A stretch of 39,041 nucleotides of DNA from the NCBI GenBank assembly GCA_937944235.1, contig CALDYZ010000031.1, positions 1 through 39,041 on the forward strand, read 5' to 3'. This DNA is from Candidatus Dojkabacteria bacterium (lineage in GTDB: Bacteria > Patescibacteriota > Dojkabacteria > J137). Each line of letters opens with the position of its first letter. The first letter of the stretch is position 1. The position numbers and the translations under genes are program-made. Shown here in pieces: positions 9,676 through 20,200 of this stretch. Under the pieces are notes generated by a model. It was not told the origin of the DNA and did no database searches. It saw only the letters and a program-made list of their open reading frames with translations.

Positions 9676-10953
9676 TTATAGTGAAGTCAAGTATTGTTTA
9701 AAAATATCCCATATTTTACCTGCTGTTGCATCCCAGTTAAATTTTTTAGCAAGATTTAGATTGTTTAATACTTTCTCATTTTTTGCTCCTAGTTTAATTT
9801 CTTGATTTATATTATTAAATACTTGGTCCCAATCACTTGATTCTTTGAGCATATCAATATATGCTATACAATTACCTTTTGTTATGTCTTCTTCACAAGA
9901 TATAATGTTCGTAATTATAGGTACTTGAGCAGCCATTGAGTTCAGTAATACCATATTGAACTTATAAGGAGATTGAAACGCAAGAGATGCAGTTGCAAAA
10001 TACAACAATTCTTCATATTCTTCATCTTCTAAGACATCAGTTGTTATTATATGACTGGTCAAATTTTTCCGTTGTAAATTATCTAAGAATCTTTTTGCCT
10101 TGAGGCTTTTTGCCATAAAAATATTTTTACTGCTTTTATTAAAGTCTTTACCTACAATAACAACTTTACTAGGCACATCTTCATATTTATTATGAAAGAT
10201 GTGCAGCTTTTCTAAGAACTTTAATAAATATTTACTTATTAAGTCATTTTCCAATGAATTATTAAAAAAGAAGTATTTCTCAGGTAAATCGTAGATCTGC
10301 CTAATCTGGGAAAATTTATCATTTGTAAAATTTGTTTTATCAAAGAAGAATCTTTTTTCTACCCCTGGGTATATTACAGTAGTGTTTGAGGTATTTATGC
10401 CAAGAGATTCTAAAAAATTTTTACTTTGTATACTGGGTAGGATAACTTTATCAACTTCTTTAAAAATATTAACTTGTTTTGTGAACAAAAGAAAATCTAT
10501 TATTTTTCTAGGTATAGCATATAAATTTTTATCTAAGTCTTTAAACACAGCTTTGTTTATGTCAATCAAACTGAGTATTTTAGTAAAATTTAGTTTTCTG
10601 AGAATAGATAGTATTGAAGTATCTAAAGTAAAAAAAATGTCTATACTGATAGAGTGAAAAAATTTTTTTATTTTGTTACTTTCTTTTTTATAGATGTTTT
10701 CACCGAGAGATAAGAGCTTTAGATCTATGAACTTTGATAGATCAGCTATCTCAAGCTCATTAAAAGATAGACTATGAAGATTACTGTTAATATTTTTGTA
10801 GCCAAGCAGGTACAATTCAATTTTGTTTGATATTTCTGAATTTGCAATATTTTGAATTAAAATTTTTAACAATGACCTTCCATAATATGATATACCACTG
10901 TAACGTTGAGCATTGTATAAAAATCTAACATCTATAACTACTGTTTTTTTCAT
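9676..10953 (-). CDS. GT4 (GT-B) glycosyltransferase-like protein with degenerate catalytic motif
   Basis: N-terminal IDVRF...SGISYY, DKVILPS, VIYPGV, SMAAQVPII and KKFNWDATA match the GT4 architecture; the E-x7-E motif is lost. Confidence 0.8.
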   Translation of the reverse strand: MKKTVVIDVRFLYNAQRYSGISYYGRSLLKILIQNIANSEISNKIELYLLGYKNINSNLHSLSFNELEIADLSKFIDLKLLSLGENIYKKESNKIKKFFHSISIDIFFTLDTSILSILRKLNFTKILSLIDINKAVFKDLDKNLYAIPRKIIDFLLFTKQVNIFKEVDKVILPSIQSKNFLESLGINTSNTTVIYPGVEKRFFFDKTNFTNDKFSQIRQIYDLPEKYFFFNNSLENDLISKYLLKFLEKLHIFHNKYEDVPSKVVIVGKDFNKSSKNIFMAKSLKAKRFLDNLQRKNLTSHIITTDVLEDEEYEELLYFATASLAFQSPYKFNMVLLNSMAAQVPIITNIISCEEDITKGNCIAYIDMLKESSDWDQVFNNINQEIKLGAKNEKVLNNLNLAKKFNWDATAGKIWDIFKQYLTSL

Positions 10954-10960
10954 GAAGTTT

Positions 10961-13105
10961 TTATAAACTGTTTATTAAATCAGTGATCCAATCAAGTTTT
11001 GTATTAAAATTTTCTATATAAATTGTACCATTTTTAAAAGTCAGTATTTTATCTTGATCTAGCACTATTGAAGTAGTGAAAATATTGTTCACATAGTGTA
11101 TGTTTATTTTGTGGTTCTCTCCCCAAGACTTACCCGGATGCTTCTGCAGTAAAAGTTTATAGCTTTCCTTGTTTAACAGATAGTTATAGCTTTCATCTAA
11201 TATCCACTTAGCTGATAAGCTATGTCGTGCAGGAGGATCAGATTCTTTAAGTCTTCTGTGATCGAATTCAATCGCAGAATCAATTATTTGTTTGTTTATT
11301 TTGGTATCTATGTATATTTGTGGTCTGAATAAGGTGTATCCTGATTTTTCAAAACCATTACTCCATAAGTTTGATGAATTTATTGGAAACATAAATCTTG
11401 TCCATGCTCTATAAGAGTATTGTAGAGTATTGTCATACTGATGTTTGATGCTAGGTTCAAACACTTTTTCATTCGTCCAATTGATTGTTACACTTTTTGA
11501 AATTGTGCCGTTATCTGAAATGTATATATCGTGTATGACGTTGTTTCTCACCCATTTGTTCAGCTTTAATGAACAATTTTGACCTTCGCTAAAATGGAAA
11601 TAATCATATTCAACTCTAAGTGGGACACGAGCAGTAAGTCCGTATTTATCGAAATATCTCTGTATACTTTCATTTTTTGTTGACAAAGATATATCCTTTG
11701 CCAAAAAAGAATTTACGACCAATTTAATAATTGAAGGAATCTCAGATAATGGAATATCAAAAAATTTGTTTTTTATAGAATCCGCAATGTCAGTGATGAT
11801 TTTCTTTCTATTTGGACCAAAAGCTCCATATTTTTCAGTGTTATCAGTTTCTGATTTTATCACATCATACAGTACTTCAGCACTAATTACTCCCCAAGGC
11901 TCAACATATATTGGTTGAACAAACTCAAGTATATTTTCGCTAAAAGTATAATTAACCATTATGATATGATCATATGAGGGATATTCTTTTGGGTTATACT
12001 TATTGGCTATATCATAGTAGTCTGCAAACATCATACTACTTATGTATAGATCATGGTAGTGACCGGAATCTTGAGCTCTTGTATATGACGATCCACATGA
12101 CCAACTTCTTAAATGATTTGATCCCATCATTAAATGGTTTTGCGCTCCAAAATTTCTGTAACCTACATCTATACCAAGAGTGTAGGATACATAACCTTCT
12201 AGCGTCCAGGTATCTTTAAAATCTATTTCTCCTACAATTTTCCCATTTTCTAAGGTGATAACACCAAAAGCTGTAAACAAGCCACCAGATGGTCTCATTT
12301 CAGTTTCATTTTGCAAAATTACTAAATAACTTGTTTGTTTATTAGATCCCAATAACTCAGGTAAATATAACGCAAAATCGAGTAAATTTTTACTCAAAAT
12401 AGGATAAATTTCTATTAATTTGTCTATTTTAGTAAAATTTTGATCTAGATCCGGTGATACTATTTCTGTAAGTTTGACTGCGCTTCTATCGACACTTTTG
12501 TACAGCCTTATTAATTCATCGATGTCTTCCTCAATTGAATAATATAACTCTATATAATCTGACAAATTTTTTAGTACTACACTTATACTGTTTTCTTCGC
12601 TTGTCAGTATTACACTTTCATCTTCTGTTAACTGAAAACCAGATGAAAGTAATATAATTTTCAACTGTGAAAAAATTTTATTCAGTAAATCATCAACTTT
12701 TAGAATGATTTGTTGTAATATCACTAGGTTTTCGTAAATACGTGCAAACCAGTCTATGTTTTTGATAAATTCATATTTTGTTGTTTCTAGTTTAATATCA
12801 TCTATGGAATTAGTTATGTTTTGAAAATAATTATCAATGCTACTAATGTTATTGTTTTGAAAATCTTTAAAAAAATTCATACCCATTAATTTTATATACT
12901 CAAAATTGACGTTAATTTGTTTGTATGAATTGTATACGTAGCTTAAGATATTACTTAACGATATAAAAGCAGCAAAATAAAAGCATAGAAACGTAATAAT
13001 AAAAAATCTATGTTGTCTCAAAAAATGCTTAAGTTTTTGCGAATCTATGAGTGCTGACTTAGTTTTTAAAATACTACCAATTAAAACTTTCATTTTAGCA
13101 TTCAA
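10961..13105 (-). CDS. DUF4012-family membrane-anchored protein
   Basis: N-terminal TM, helical stalk, YLVILQNETEMRPSGG signature, C-terminal YKLLLQKHPG. Confidence 0.8.
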   Translation of the reverse strand: MNAKMKVLIGSILKTKSALIDSQKLKHFLRQHRFFIITFLCFYFAAFISLSNILSYVYNSYKQINVNFEYIKLMGMNFFKDFQNNNISSIDNYFQNITNSIDDIKLETTKYEFIKNIDWFARIYENLVILQQIILKVDDLLNKIFSQLKIILLSSGFQLTEDESVILTSEENSISVVLKNLSDYIELYYSIEEDIDELIRLYKSVDRSAVKLTEIVSPDLDQNFTKIDKLIEIYPILSKNLLDFALYLPELLGSNKQTSYLVILQNETEMRPSGGLFTAFGVITLENGKIVGEIDFKDTWTLEGYVSYTLGIDVGYRNFGAQNHLMMGSNHLRSWSCGSSYTRAQDSGHYHDLYISSMMFADYYDIANKYNPKEYPSYDHIIMVNYTFSENILEFVQPIYVEPWGVISAEVLYDVIKSETDNTEKYGAFGPNRKKIITDIADSIKNKFFDIPLSEIPSIIKLVVNSFLAKDISLSTKNESIQRYFDKYGLTARVPLRVEYDYFHFSEGQNCSLKLNKWVRNNVIHDIYISDNGTISKSVTINWTNEKVFEPSIKHQYDNTLQYSYRAWTRFMFPINSSNLWSNGFEKSGYTLFRPQIYIDTKINKQIIDSAIEFDHRRLKESDPPARHSLSAKWILDESYNYLLNKESYKLLLQKHPGKSWGENHKINIHYVNNIFTTSIVLDQDKILTFKNGTIYIENFNTKLDWITDLINSL

Positions 13106-13107
13106 AT

Positions 13108-14637
13108 TTATTTGTTAATAAAAATTTTATCAGAGATAGCTTGTTCAACCATTTTGGGATTAGCCTTACCCTTTGAAAGTTGCATGACTTTTCCTACAAG
13201 TGCTTTAATTGCGTTAGGATTTTTTTTGCATGATTCAACAATGTCTTGATTCTGTTCTATTGCTTCTGTAACCCAGACTTCTATTGCTGACATATCGTTA
13301 TTTAAAGTTAGGTTCTGTGACAAGACTATTTCATCTATTGTTTTACCTTGAAATTGACTGTTAAATAAGTCATTCAATATGTCTTTTGCAATAGTTCCGG
13401 TTATCTTACCATTTTTTACTTGATTAGTTATGTCTAAGACATGTTGTTGGTTTATAGGTAAATGTTCTAATTTTATTGATTTTTTCTCCATTAGACCAAG
13501 TACATCACCCATAAACCATTTTACTGATTCTTTTATTGGGTTGTAAGGCAGATTCTTTAAAATTTCTTTTGCTTCTGTGATGCTTTCATTTACAAATCTA
13601 AATTCAAACTGAATACCTTGAAAAAATGTAATTATCAATTTGTCAAACCATTCTCCTGCATTTTTTTCCTCAACTAAAAAATCTGCTTGGTCATTTTCTA
13701 AACCTAGTTGCAAATAATAATATTTTTTTTCAGCTGGTAAGATTGGCAGAGATTTTCTACAATAGTTTATCCAGTCATCTGATATTTTTATAGGAGGTAT
13801 ATCTGGTTCTGTGAAGTATCTATAGTCGTCTGAACTTTCTTTGTATCTTTGGAAAACTGTCTCTCCAGTCATATTTTTTAGGCCTCTAGTTTCTGAAACT
13901 ATTTTTTTACCATTTTCTAGTAAGTTTTTTTGTCTCAAATATTCAAAGTCTATAACTTTTTCAAGTACAGAAATAGAACCAATATTTTTTACTTCTATCT
14001 TATAATCTGGTAATACACTAGATCCAGCTTGTTCTGGTGTTCTTAGCGACATGTTTAATTCAAATCTAATCTGCCCTTTCTGCATTTCTCCTTCTGATAT
14101 ACCTATATACCTTATGATTTGTCTTAAACGTTTAGCGAAGCTAGTTACTTCTTTTTTATCTACAAAATCTGGAGCAGTTACAATTTCTATTAAAGGTATT
14201 CCTGATTTGTTAAAGTCAATTAGGGTTTTTTTTCCTTCAAAGTGTAAGGATTTTGCTGTGTCTTCTTCTAAGTGAAGTCTTTTAATTCTAAATCTTTTTA
14301 CATCACCTTCCAACTCTATTTGTACATAGCCATTTGTGCCTAGAGGTGTATCAAATTGGGTGATTTGATATCCCTTAGGTAAGTCAGGATAAAAATAATT
14401 TTTTCTGTCAAATTTGGTTTCTTTTGTGATATCACAGTGTAAAGCTAGAGCCAATCTGATTGCCTGTTCGAACGCAAACTTATTGGGTACTGGTAAAGCT
14501 CCGGGTAAACCTACGCAAACAGGACATATGTAAGTGTTTGGTTTCTGTTCAAAACAATTATTAGGGCATCTACAAAACATTTTACTATTAGTTTGTACTT
14601 GTAGGTGAATTTCTAATCCTATTACTGGTTCGTACAT
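13108..14637 (-). CDS. gatB: Asp/Glu-tRNA amidotransferase subunit B
   Basis: YEPVIGLEIH, CPVCVGLPGALP, FDRKNYFYPDLPKGYQITQ, HLEEDTAK, YRYFTEPDIP, GKVMQLSKGKANP. Start 14637 is favoured because a TGaTAAAAT element ends only 4 nt before ATG 14664. Confidence 0.97.
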   Translation of the reverse strand: MYEPVIGLEIHLQVQTNSKMFCRCPNNCFEQKPNTYICPVCVGLPGALPVPNKFAFEQAIRLALALHCDITKETKFDRKNYFYPDLPKGYQITQFDTPLGTNGYVQIELEGDVKRFRIKRLHLEEDTAKSLHFEGKKTLIDFNKSGIPLIEIVTAPDFVDKKEVTSFAKRLRQIIRYIGISEGEMQKGQIRFELNMSLRTPEQAGSSVLPDYKIEVKNIGSISVLEKVIDFEYLRQKNLLENGKKIVSETRGLKNMTGETVFQRYKESSDDYRYFTEPDIPPIKISDDWINYCRKSLPILPAEKKYYYLQLGLENDQADFLVEEKNAGEWFDKLIITFFQGIQFEFRFVNESITEAKEILKNLPYNPIKESVKWFMGDVLGLMEKKSIKLEHLPINQQHVLDITNQVKNGKITGTIAKDILNDLFNSQFQGKTIDEIVLSQNLTLNNDMSAIEVWVTEAIEQNQDIVESCKKNPNAIKALVGKVMQLSKGKANPKMVEQAISDKIFINK

Positions 14638-14724
14638 ATTTGAAAAATAAATATTTTTACCCATTAGTATTTTATCAAAATAAGTGGTTAAAATTTTAGT
14701 AAAATTTGTCTAGTTAGATCTATT

Positions 14725-15288
14725 ATGATGAAAATATATACAAAAACAGGAGATAAAGGTAAAACAAGTATCATAGGCAAAAGAGTTTTAAAGAATAATA
14801 AGTTGATCAATTTTTTAGGTAAACTTGATGAATTAAATTGTACATTAAGCATAGTGATTTGCTATACCGAAGAAAAGCCTTTTATAGATATAATTGCATC
14901 CATGCAAAATAAGATTTTTGAGATATCTAGCATGGTAGCTGGTGCTAAAGTAAATCTTCAGTTGGACAAAACAATATCTCAACTTGAAAATTGTATAGAT
15001 TTATGGAGTAGCGAATTGCCTGAACTAAAAAATTTTATTTTGCCTGGTGGGAGTAAGGTAGCAAGTTTTACTCATTTAGCTAGATCAGTTTGTCGTGAAT
15101 GTGAGAGAGTTTATTTTGATTTGTTATCTAAAGATTTTACAAAAAATACATTAAAGGAAAATATTAAAGATGAGGATGACTTGGAAAATATAGGTAGATT
15201 TTTGAATCGTTTTTCTGATTGGTTATTTACTTTAGCACGAAAATTAAATATGATTCAGGGAGTACCTGATACCATCTGGAAAATGTGA
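14725..15288 (+). CDS. PduO-type ATP:cob(I)alamin adenosyltransferase
   Basis: KIYTKTGDKGKT, G.LDELN, FILPGG, HLARSVCRECER, FLNRFSDWLFTLAR. Confidence 0.93.
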   Translation: MMKIYTKTGDKGKTSIIGKRVLKNNKLINFLGKLDELNCTLSIVICYTEEKPFIDIIASMQNKIFEISSMVAGAKVNLQLDKTISQLENCIDLWSSELPELKNFILPGGSKVASFTHLARSVCRECERVYFDLLSKDFTKNTLKENIKDEDDLENIGRFLNRFSDWLFTLARKLNMIQGVPDTIWKM

Positions 15289-15315
15289 TTTTTTTAGTAA
15301 AATTACTTACAATCA

Positions 15316-15993
15316 ATGTTGAATAAAGACTCTTCAAAAAAAATATCGCTTAATAGAAATAAAACAACATTAGTGAGTAGGATGTTTTATCTTCTTTTAT
15401 TTTTCGGTGTCTCACTAGGTATAAGTTATTTTGTGAATTACACACAAATTCAGATTTTATCAAAACCTTTGATAGAAATTACTCCTGAAAATTATGGTCC
15501 AGAGATCAAGAAAAAAATATCGATGAATGATATTGTATCAATAGTTGGTACACCAGATTTTATGATGCAAGTATCGCAAGAGCCGTTGAAAAAAAATTCT
15601 CAGTCAATTACTTACTTTTATACTGGTTTAAAAGAGTATGGTTTTGATTTTGTTGTAAGAATCAAAAAATATAAATTGGTATCTTCACAGCAAAATTTTA
15701 AGGGTAGGGTACTAAATATTAACGATACAGATTTTAAAACTAGGATCAAAAATAGTTTAAATAAAGAAATTAATTTAAATGAACAGGCAAACAGAAGTTT
15801 TGCTGAAAATTTAGATGAAAAAACCAAGAATCAGATAATAGCAAACTCATCTGGTCAGTTTACAAATTCTACGCTCTTGATATTAGATGAAGAATATATG
15901 ACTTTACAAGATTTATATGTTCAAATGTTTCTGGGTGTGTTTGGCTGGACCGCCATACTAGTAGCTATTTTTAATAAAAAGATTTTTTATTAA
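15316..15993 (+). CDS. Hypothetical membrane protein (TM at both ends)
   Basis: 225 aa ORF, co-oriented and tightly packed. Confidence 0.75.
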   Translation: MLNKDSSKKISLNRNKTTLVSRMFYLLLFFGVSLGISYFVNYTQIQILSKPLIEITPENYGPEIKKKISMNDIVSIVGTPDFMMQVSQEPLKKNSQSITYFYTGLKEYGFDFVVRIKKYKLVSSQQNFKGRVLNINDTDFKTRIKNSLNKEINLNEQANRSFAENLDEKTKNQIIANSSGQFTNSTLLILDEEYMTLQDLYVQMFLGVFGWTAILVAIFNKKIFY

Positions 15994-15994
15994 T

Positions 15995-16432
15995 ATGAAG
16001 CTGTTATACTATTTTGTTTTTTTACTTGTTTTGTCGTTTATCGTGACTTATCCTTTAAATTTTTTTAAGAGAGATGGTGTGTTGGGTATACAGTCAGATA
16101 TTATAACTGAACAAGATAAGGATGTTTCTTTGTTAATTTTTGACAAAAATCAACATCAAATTCTACAAAAGACTTTTTCCTCAAAGTCTGTGGATTATGA
16201 TTTTATATTAGAATTAGAACATAAATATACGATTGTTTTTTTTGCTCAGAAAAATATTGAATTAGATAAATTAAAAGTCATAACACCTTCAAGTTTGAAT
16301 GTTCATATAGAAAATATTAATACTTTAGACTTAGATTTCGACTATGAGCTGCATTATTTTGACTTATTATCGACTGAAACAGGCGATAATAAACAGAATT
16401 TGGGAAGTTTTGTAGTTAAATTTCTTCTGTGA
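15995..16432 (+). CDS. Hypothetical exported or membrane-anchored protein
   Basis: 145 aa, hydrophobic N-terminus followed by VLG; starts 1 nt after the previous stop. Confidence 0.7.
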   Translation: MKLLYYFVFLLVLSFIVTYPLNFFKRDGVLGIQSDIITEQDKDVSLLIFDKNQHQILQKTFSSKSVDYDFILELEHKYTIVFFAQKNIELDKLKVITPSSLNVHIENINTLDLDFDYELHYFDLLSTETGDNKQNLGSFVVKFLL

Positions 16433-16534
16433 AAATATTTTTATTTAATTATAATCTTGACTAACATAATAATTAGTTTTTTTTAAAAAATAATAGGATT
16501 AATTTGATATTTTGAAATCTCAGGATAATATATG

Positions 16535-16543
16535 TGTTAGAAT
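16535..16543 (+). promoter_or_regulatory. Candidate extended -10 promoter P1 upstream of rpoB (TGtTAGAAT)
   Basis: TGn plus a 5/6 match to TATAAT. Confidence 0.35.
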
Positions 16544-16707
16544 GTAGCAAAATGTGAGTTAATAACACGACGTTTGGAAGACAGTTTTAATGGTTTTAGT
16601 TAAACCTCAAAAAAGAAAATATCAAAACGTAGTCCAGAAATAGAAAAAAGATCCACCTACTTTTAATAATTAAATTTAGTAATTATTCAAGGTGGTTGTG
16701 AAAATAA

Positions 16708-16716
16708 TGTTATAAT
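16708..16716 (+). promoter_or_regulatory. Candidate extended -10 promoter P2 upstream of rpoB (TGtTATAAT)
   Basis: Perfect TGnTATAAT immediately before a structured region. Confidence 0.5.
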
Positions 16717-17137
16717 GTTGTAGCTAGTTTAAGCTAAGGAAGCTGCTGAGTGGCGCTATTTTTTGTATTATTCATTAGCATAAACTACATAAGTTTGAGT
16801 AAATTGACATAAGTAGTATTATACACATGTCAAATATATGTAATGATAGAAATAATTTAACTTAGGGATTTAAGTTTGTGTGTTTCATGTGTTTGATTGT
16901 AATAAAATAATCAATTGTTGAGGTCTGTGCTTAATACATCTTTCAGAGAGCTGTTAATTATGAAAGTTGATCCTGATTCAGTTTTAGAATAGATAAACCT
17001 ACTTAAAAAAAATAAACTATTCAGAATTTTTATATTTTTTGTTGAATTCTGTGATTTATATTGTTAAAATAACCTGCAAGCATTATATTAATTCTGGTTT
17101 AATTGTACGGATTCGAAATACCTTAACCAATTTTATG

Positions 17138-17170
17138 AATTAGAACGTTTATAACGTTCTAATTTTTGTT
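17138..17170 (+). terminator. Intrinsic terminator-like hairpin in the rpoB leader
   Basis: aattagaacgtt-tat-aacgttctaatt, a perfect 12-bp stem running into tttgtt, about 50 nt before the rpoB ATG. Confidence 0.6.
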
Positions 17171-17217
17171 GCCTAATATTTAGACAACTTAAATTTAAAC
17201 TTTAATATTTAAATTTT

Positions 17218-20200
17218 ATGCTTGGAAATTACAGATTAAATGTAAAGCGAAGATATTTAAATTCTACCCCCGTAGGAACCTTGGAATTTGACCTTTTAGC
17301 TACTCAAAAACAATTGTTTAGAGAATTTGTAGAGAGAGGTTTTCAAGATCTTTTTGACGAAATAAACCCTGTTAATGATTATTCTAATTCTATATGGCAG
17401 ATTACATTTGAAGAATTTATATGGGGTCAGCCTAAATTTACATTTGCCGAAGCGCAAAACCTAGGTCAATCCTATGAAGCCCCTGTTTATTCGATAGTGA
17501 AATTAGTTAACAAGAAAACAGGTGAAATTAAAAAACAAAAGATTTACATTTGTGATGTTCCGCTGATGAGTGATAGGGCATCCTTTATGTATAATGGTAA
17601 TGAACGAGTTGTAATGTTACAAATTTTACGATCTGAAGGTTTGTTACTAGGAGAATCCAAAGCATCTACTCAAAAAAATAGATTGTACTCTGTAAAGTTG
17701 ATGCCGCAAAGAGGTAATTGGTATGAATTTGAACTAAACAAATATGGGGTCATGAGTATAAAACTTTTGCAAAAAAGACCAAGAATATTGCTTACCACTT
17801 TACTTAGGGCTATAGGATATAGTACTGATGATGAAATTAGAAAGGCTTTATCAGATGTTGATAATGGAGATATCAGTTTTGTTGAAGCAACTTTGGAAAA
17901 GGATGTAACTAAAAACACGGAAGAAGCTTTAATAGATATTTATAGAAAGTTAAGACCTGAAGATGCTGTATCAATAGAAAATGCAAGAAATCTAATCGAT
18001 TTAATATTTTTTAATAAAAGGAAGTTTTACCTAGGTAAGGTAGGGAGGTATAAGTTAAATAAAAAATTAGGTATTAATGATGAGATAACTCTTGATGATT
18101 ATTTGTTAAAGAAAAAGGATATTGTAAACATAATCAGATTATTAATTCAACTTAACAACGGACATGTTCCTCCTGATGATATTGATAGTTTACAAAACAG
18201 AAGAATTAGGGGAGTTAATGAACTTTTGTCTGAGAAAATGAGGGTAGGAGTGTTAGCTTTAGAGAAATCTATAAAAGATAAGATGTCGACTTTTTCACCT
18301 GATGATAAAGTTACGCCTGCTATGTTTATAAACACCAGACCAGTATCCTCAGCCATAAACCAATTTTTTGGAAGTTCAGCTCTGACAAGATTTATGGATC
18401 AGATAAATATTCTCTCAGAGCTGGAAGTTAAACGTAGAGTTACTGCAGGAGGAGCTAGAGGTTTAACTCCGGAGAGAGCTACTTTTTCAGTTAGGGATGT
18501 TCATAATTCCCATTATTCCAAATTTTGTCCAATTACAACGCCTGAAGGAACTTCGGTAGGTATGGTTAATCAATTAGCTGTTTACTCACGAGTAAATGAA
18601 TATGGTTTTTTGGAAGCACCATACAGACAAGTGATATCAGTTTTTAAAGTTAATGAGGATAATATTAATGATCCAGAGTTTCAGAACAGATATTTGGATA
18701 ATGATATAAAAGGTATAGCCAATAAAGGTGATGCTTTAACTCCTGAGATAGTAAGAAAATGTGTTGAGAAAAACATTGAAGAAATATACATACAACCATT
18801 TGTAAGTAATAAAAAGATAATGTATTTAGATGCAGATGATGAAATACATCACAAAATAGCCAACTATGATATAAAAATTGATCAGTATGGAAATATAATA
18901 GATGATTATGTTTATGTGAGGGACGGTCAAAATTACACAAAAGTTAAATTACACCAGATTGATTGTATAGATGTGAGTCCGGCACAAATAGCTGGACTAG
19001 GATTGGCTTTGATTCCATTTGCGGGTAATGATGATCCTAATAGAACTTTGGTTGCTGCTAAAACTCAGACGCAATCAGTTCCTCTCATCAAACCAGAACA
19101 GCCTATAATTGCTAGTGGTTTTGAGCATATTGCGGCTAAAGCTAGTGGAAGGACTGTATTTGCAGAATATGATGGTACAGTCGACTATGCAGATGCAGAT
19201 ACAGTTTTAGTAACATACAACACAGGTAAAGAAAACATAAAAAGAAAATACCTAGCTGAGAAATATGTACGAACTAACCAAGACACTTCGTTTAATCAAC
19301 AAGTAAAAGTACGCACTGGTATGGTGTTTAAAAAAGGCGATGTTTTAATCGATGGACCATCTACATTAGAAGGTGAATTGTCTTTAGGCGTGAATTTAAG
19401 GGTGGCTTATGTTGTGTATGATGGATACAATTATGAAGACGGTATAGTAATATCCGAAAGATTAGTAAAAGAAGATGTTTTGACTTCGGTTCACATAAAT
19501 GAGTATTCTCAAGAAATACGTGAAACTAAGTTGGGAGATGAAGAAATAACTCGAGATATTCCCAATGTTGGAGAATCACAGTTGAAAAATTTAGATGAAG
19601 AAGGGTTTGTTAGGATTGGAGCACATGTCAGCTCTAATGACATTCTTGTTGGCATTATAACACCTAAAGGAGAATCAGAATTAACTGCTGAGGAAAAACT
19701 TCTACGCGCAATATTTGGAGAATATGCGAGAGATGTAAAGGATAATTCTTTAAGAATGCCAAATGGAGAGCATGGTGTCGTAATTGGTATACAGGTTATA
19801 GATAAAGCAAAAGGAGGTAAATTGAACCCTGGTGTAATAAAATTAGTTAAGGTCTGGGTAGCAAAGAAGCATAAAATTTCAGTAGGTGATAAATTGACGG
19901 GTTACCATGGAGATAAAGGTATTGTAACTAAAATAGTACCAGAATATGATATGCCATACACTGAAGATGGAAAACCAGTTGACATATTACTTGGACCTGC
20001 CTCAATGATTAGAAGAATGAATTTAGGACAGATATTAGAAACACATCTAGCAAATATAGCTAAACAAAAAAATGAATTTTTAGTAGTCGAGCCGTTTTCA
20101 AGATATGAAACTAAAGGTTATATAAACGAAGCTAAACAGATGGGTATAAATACTGATCCTAAGTTTACATTGTATGATCCAAGAACAGGAGAGCCTTATG

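Noticed and set aside
16720-16790. AAGGAAGCTGC suggesting SRP RNA; also tmRNA or RNase P RNA in the rpoB leader
   Set aside because: No upstream CAGG/TCC partner, no tRNA-like ends and no GAGGAAAGTCC motif on either strand.
16804-16809. Perfect TTGACA as a -35 element
   Set aside because: No -10 hexamer at 16-18 nt spacing; better explained as one arm of an inverted repeat.
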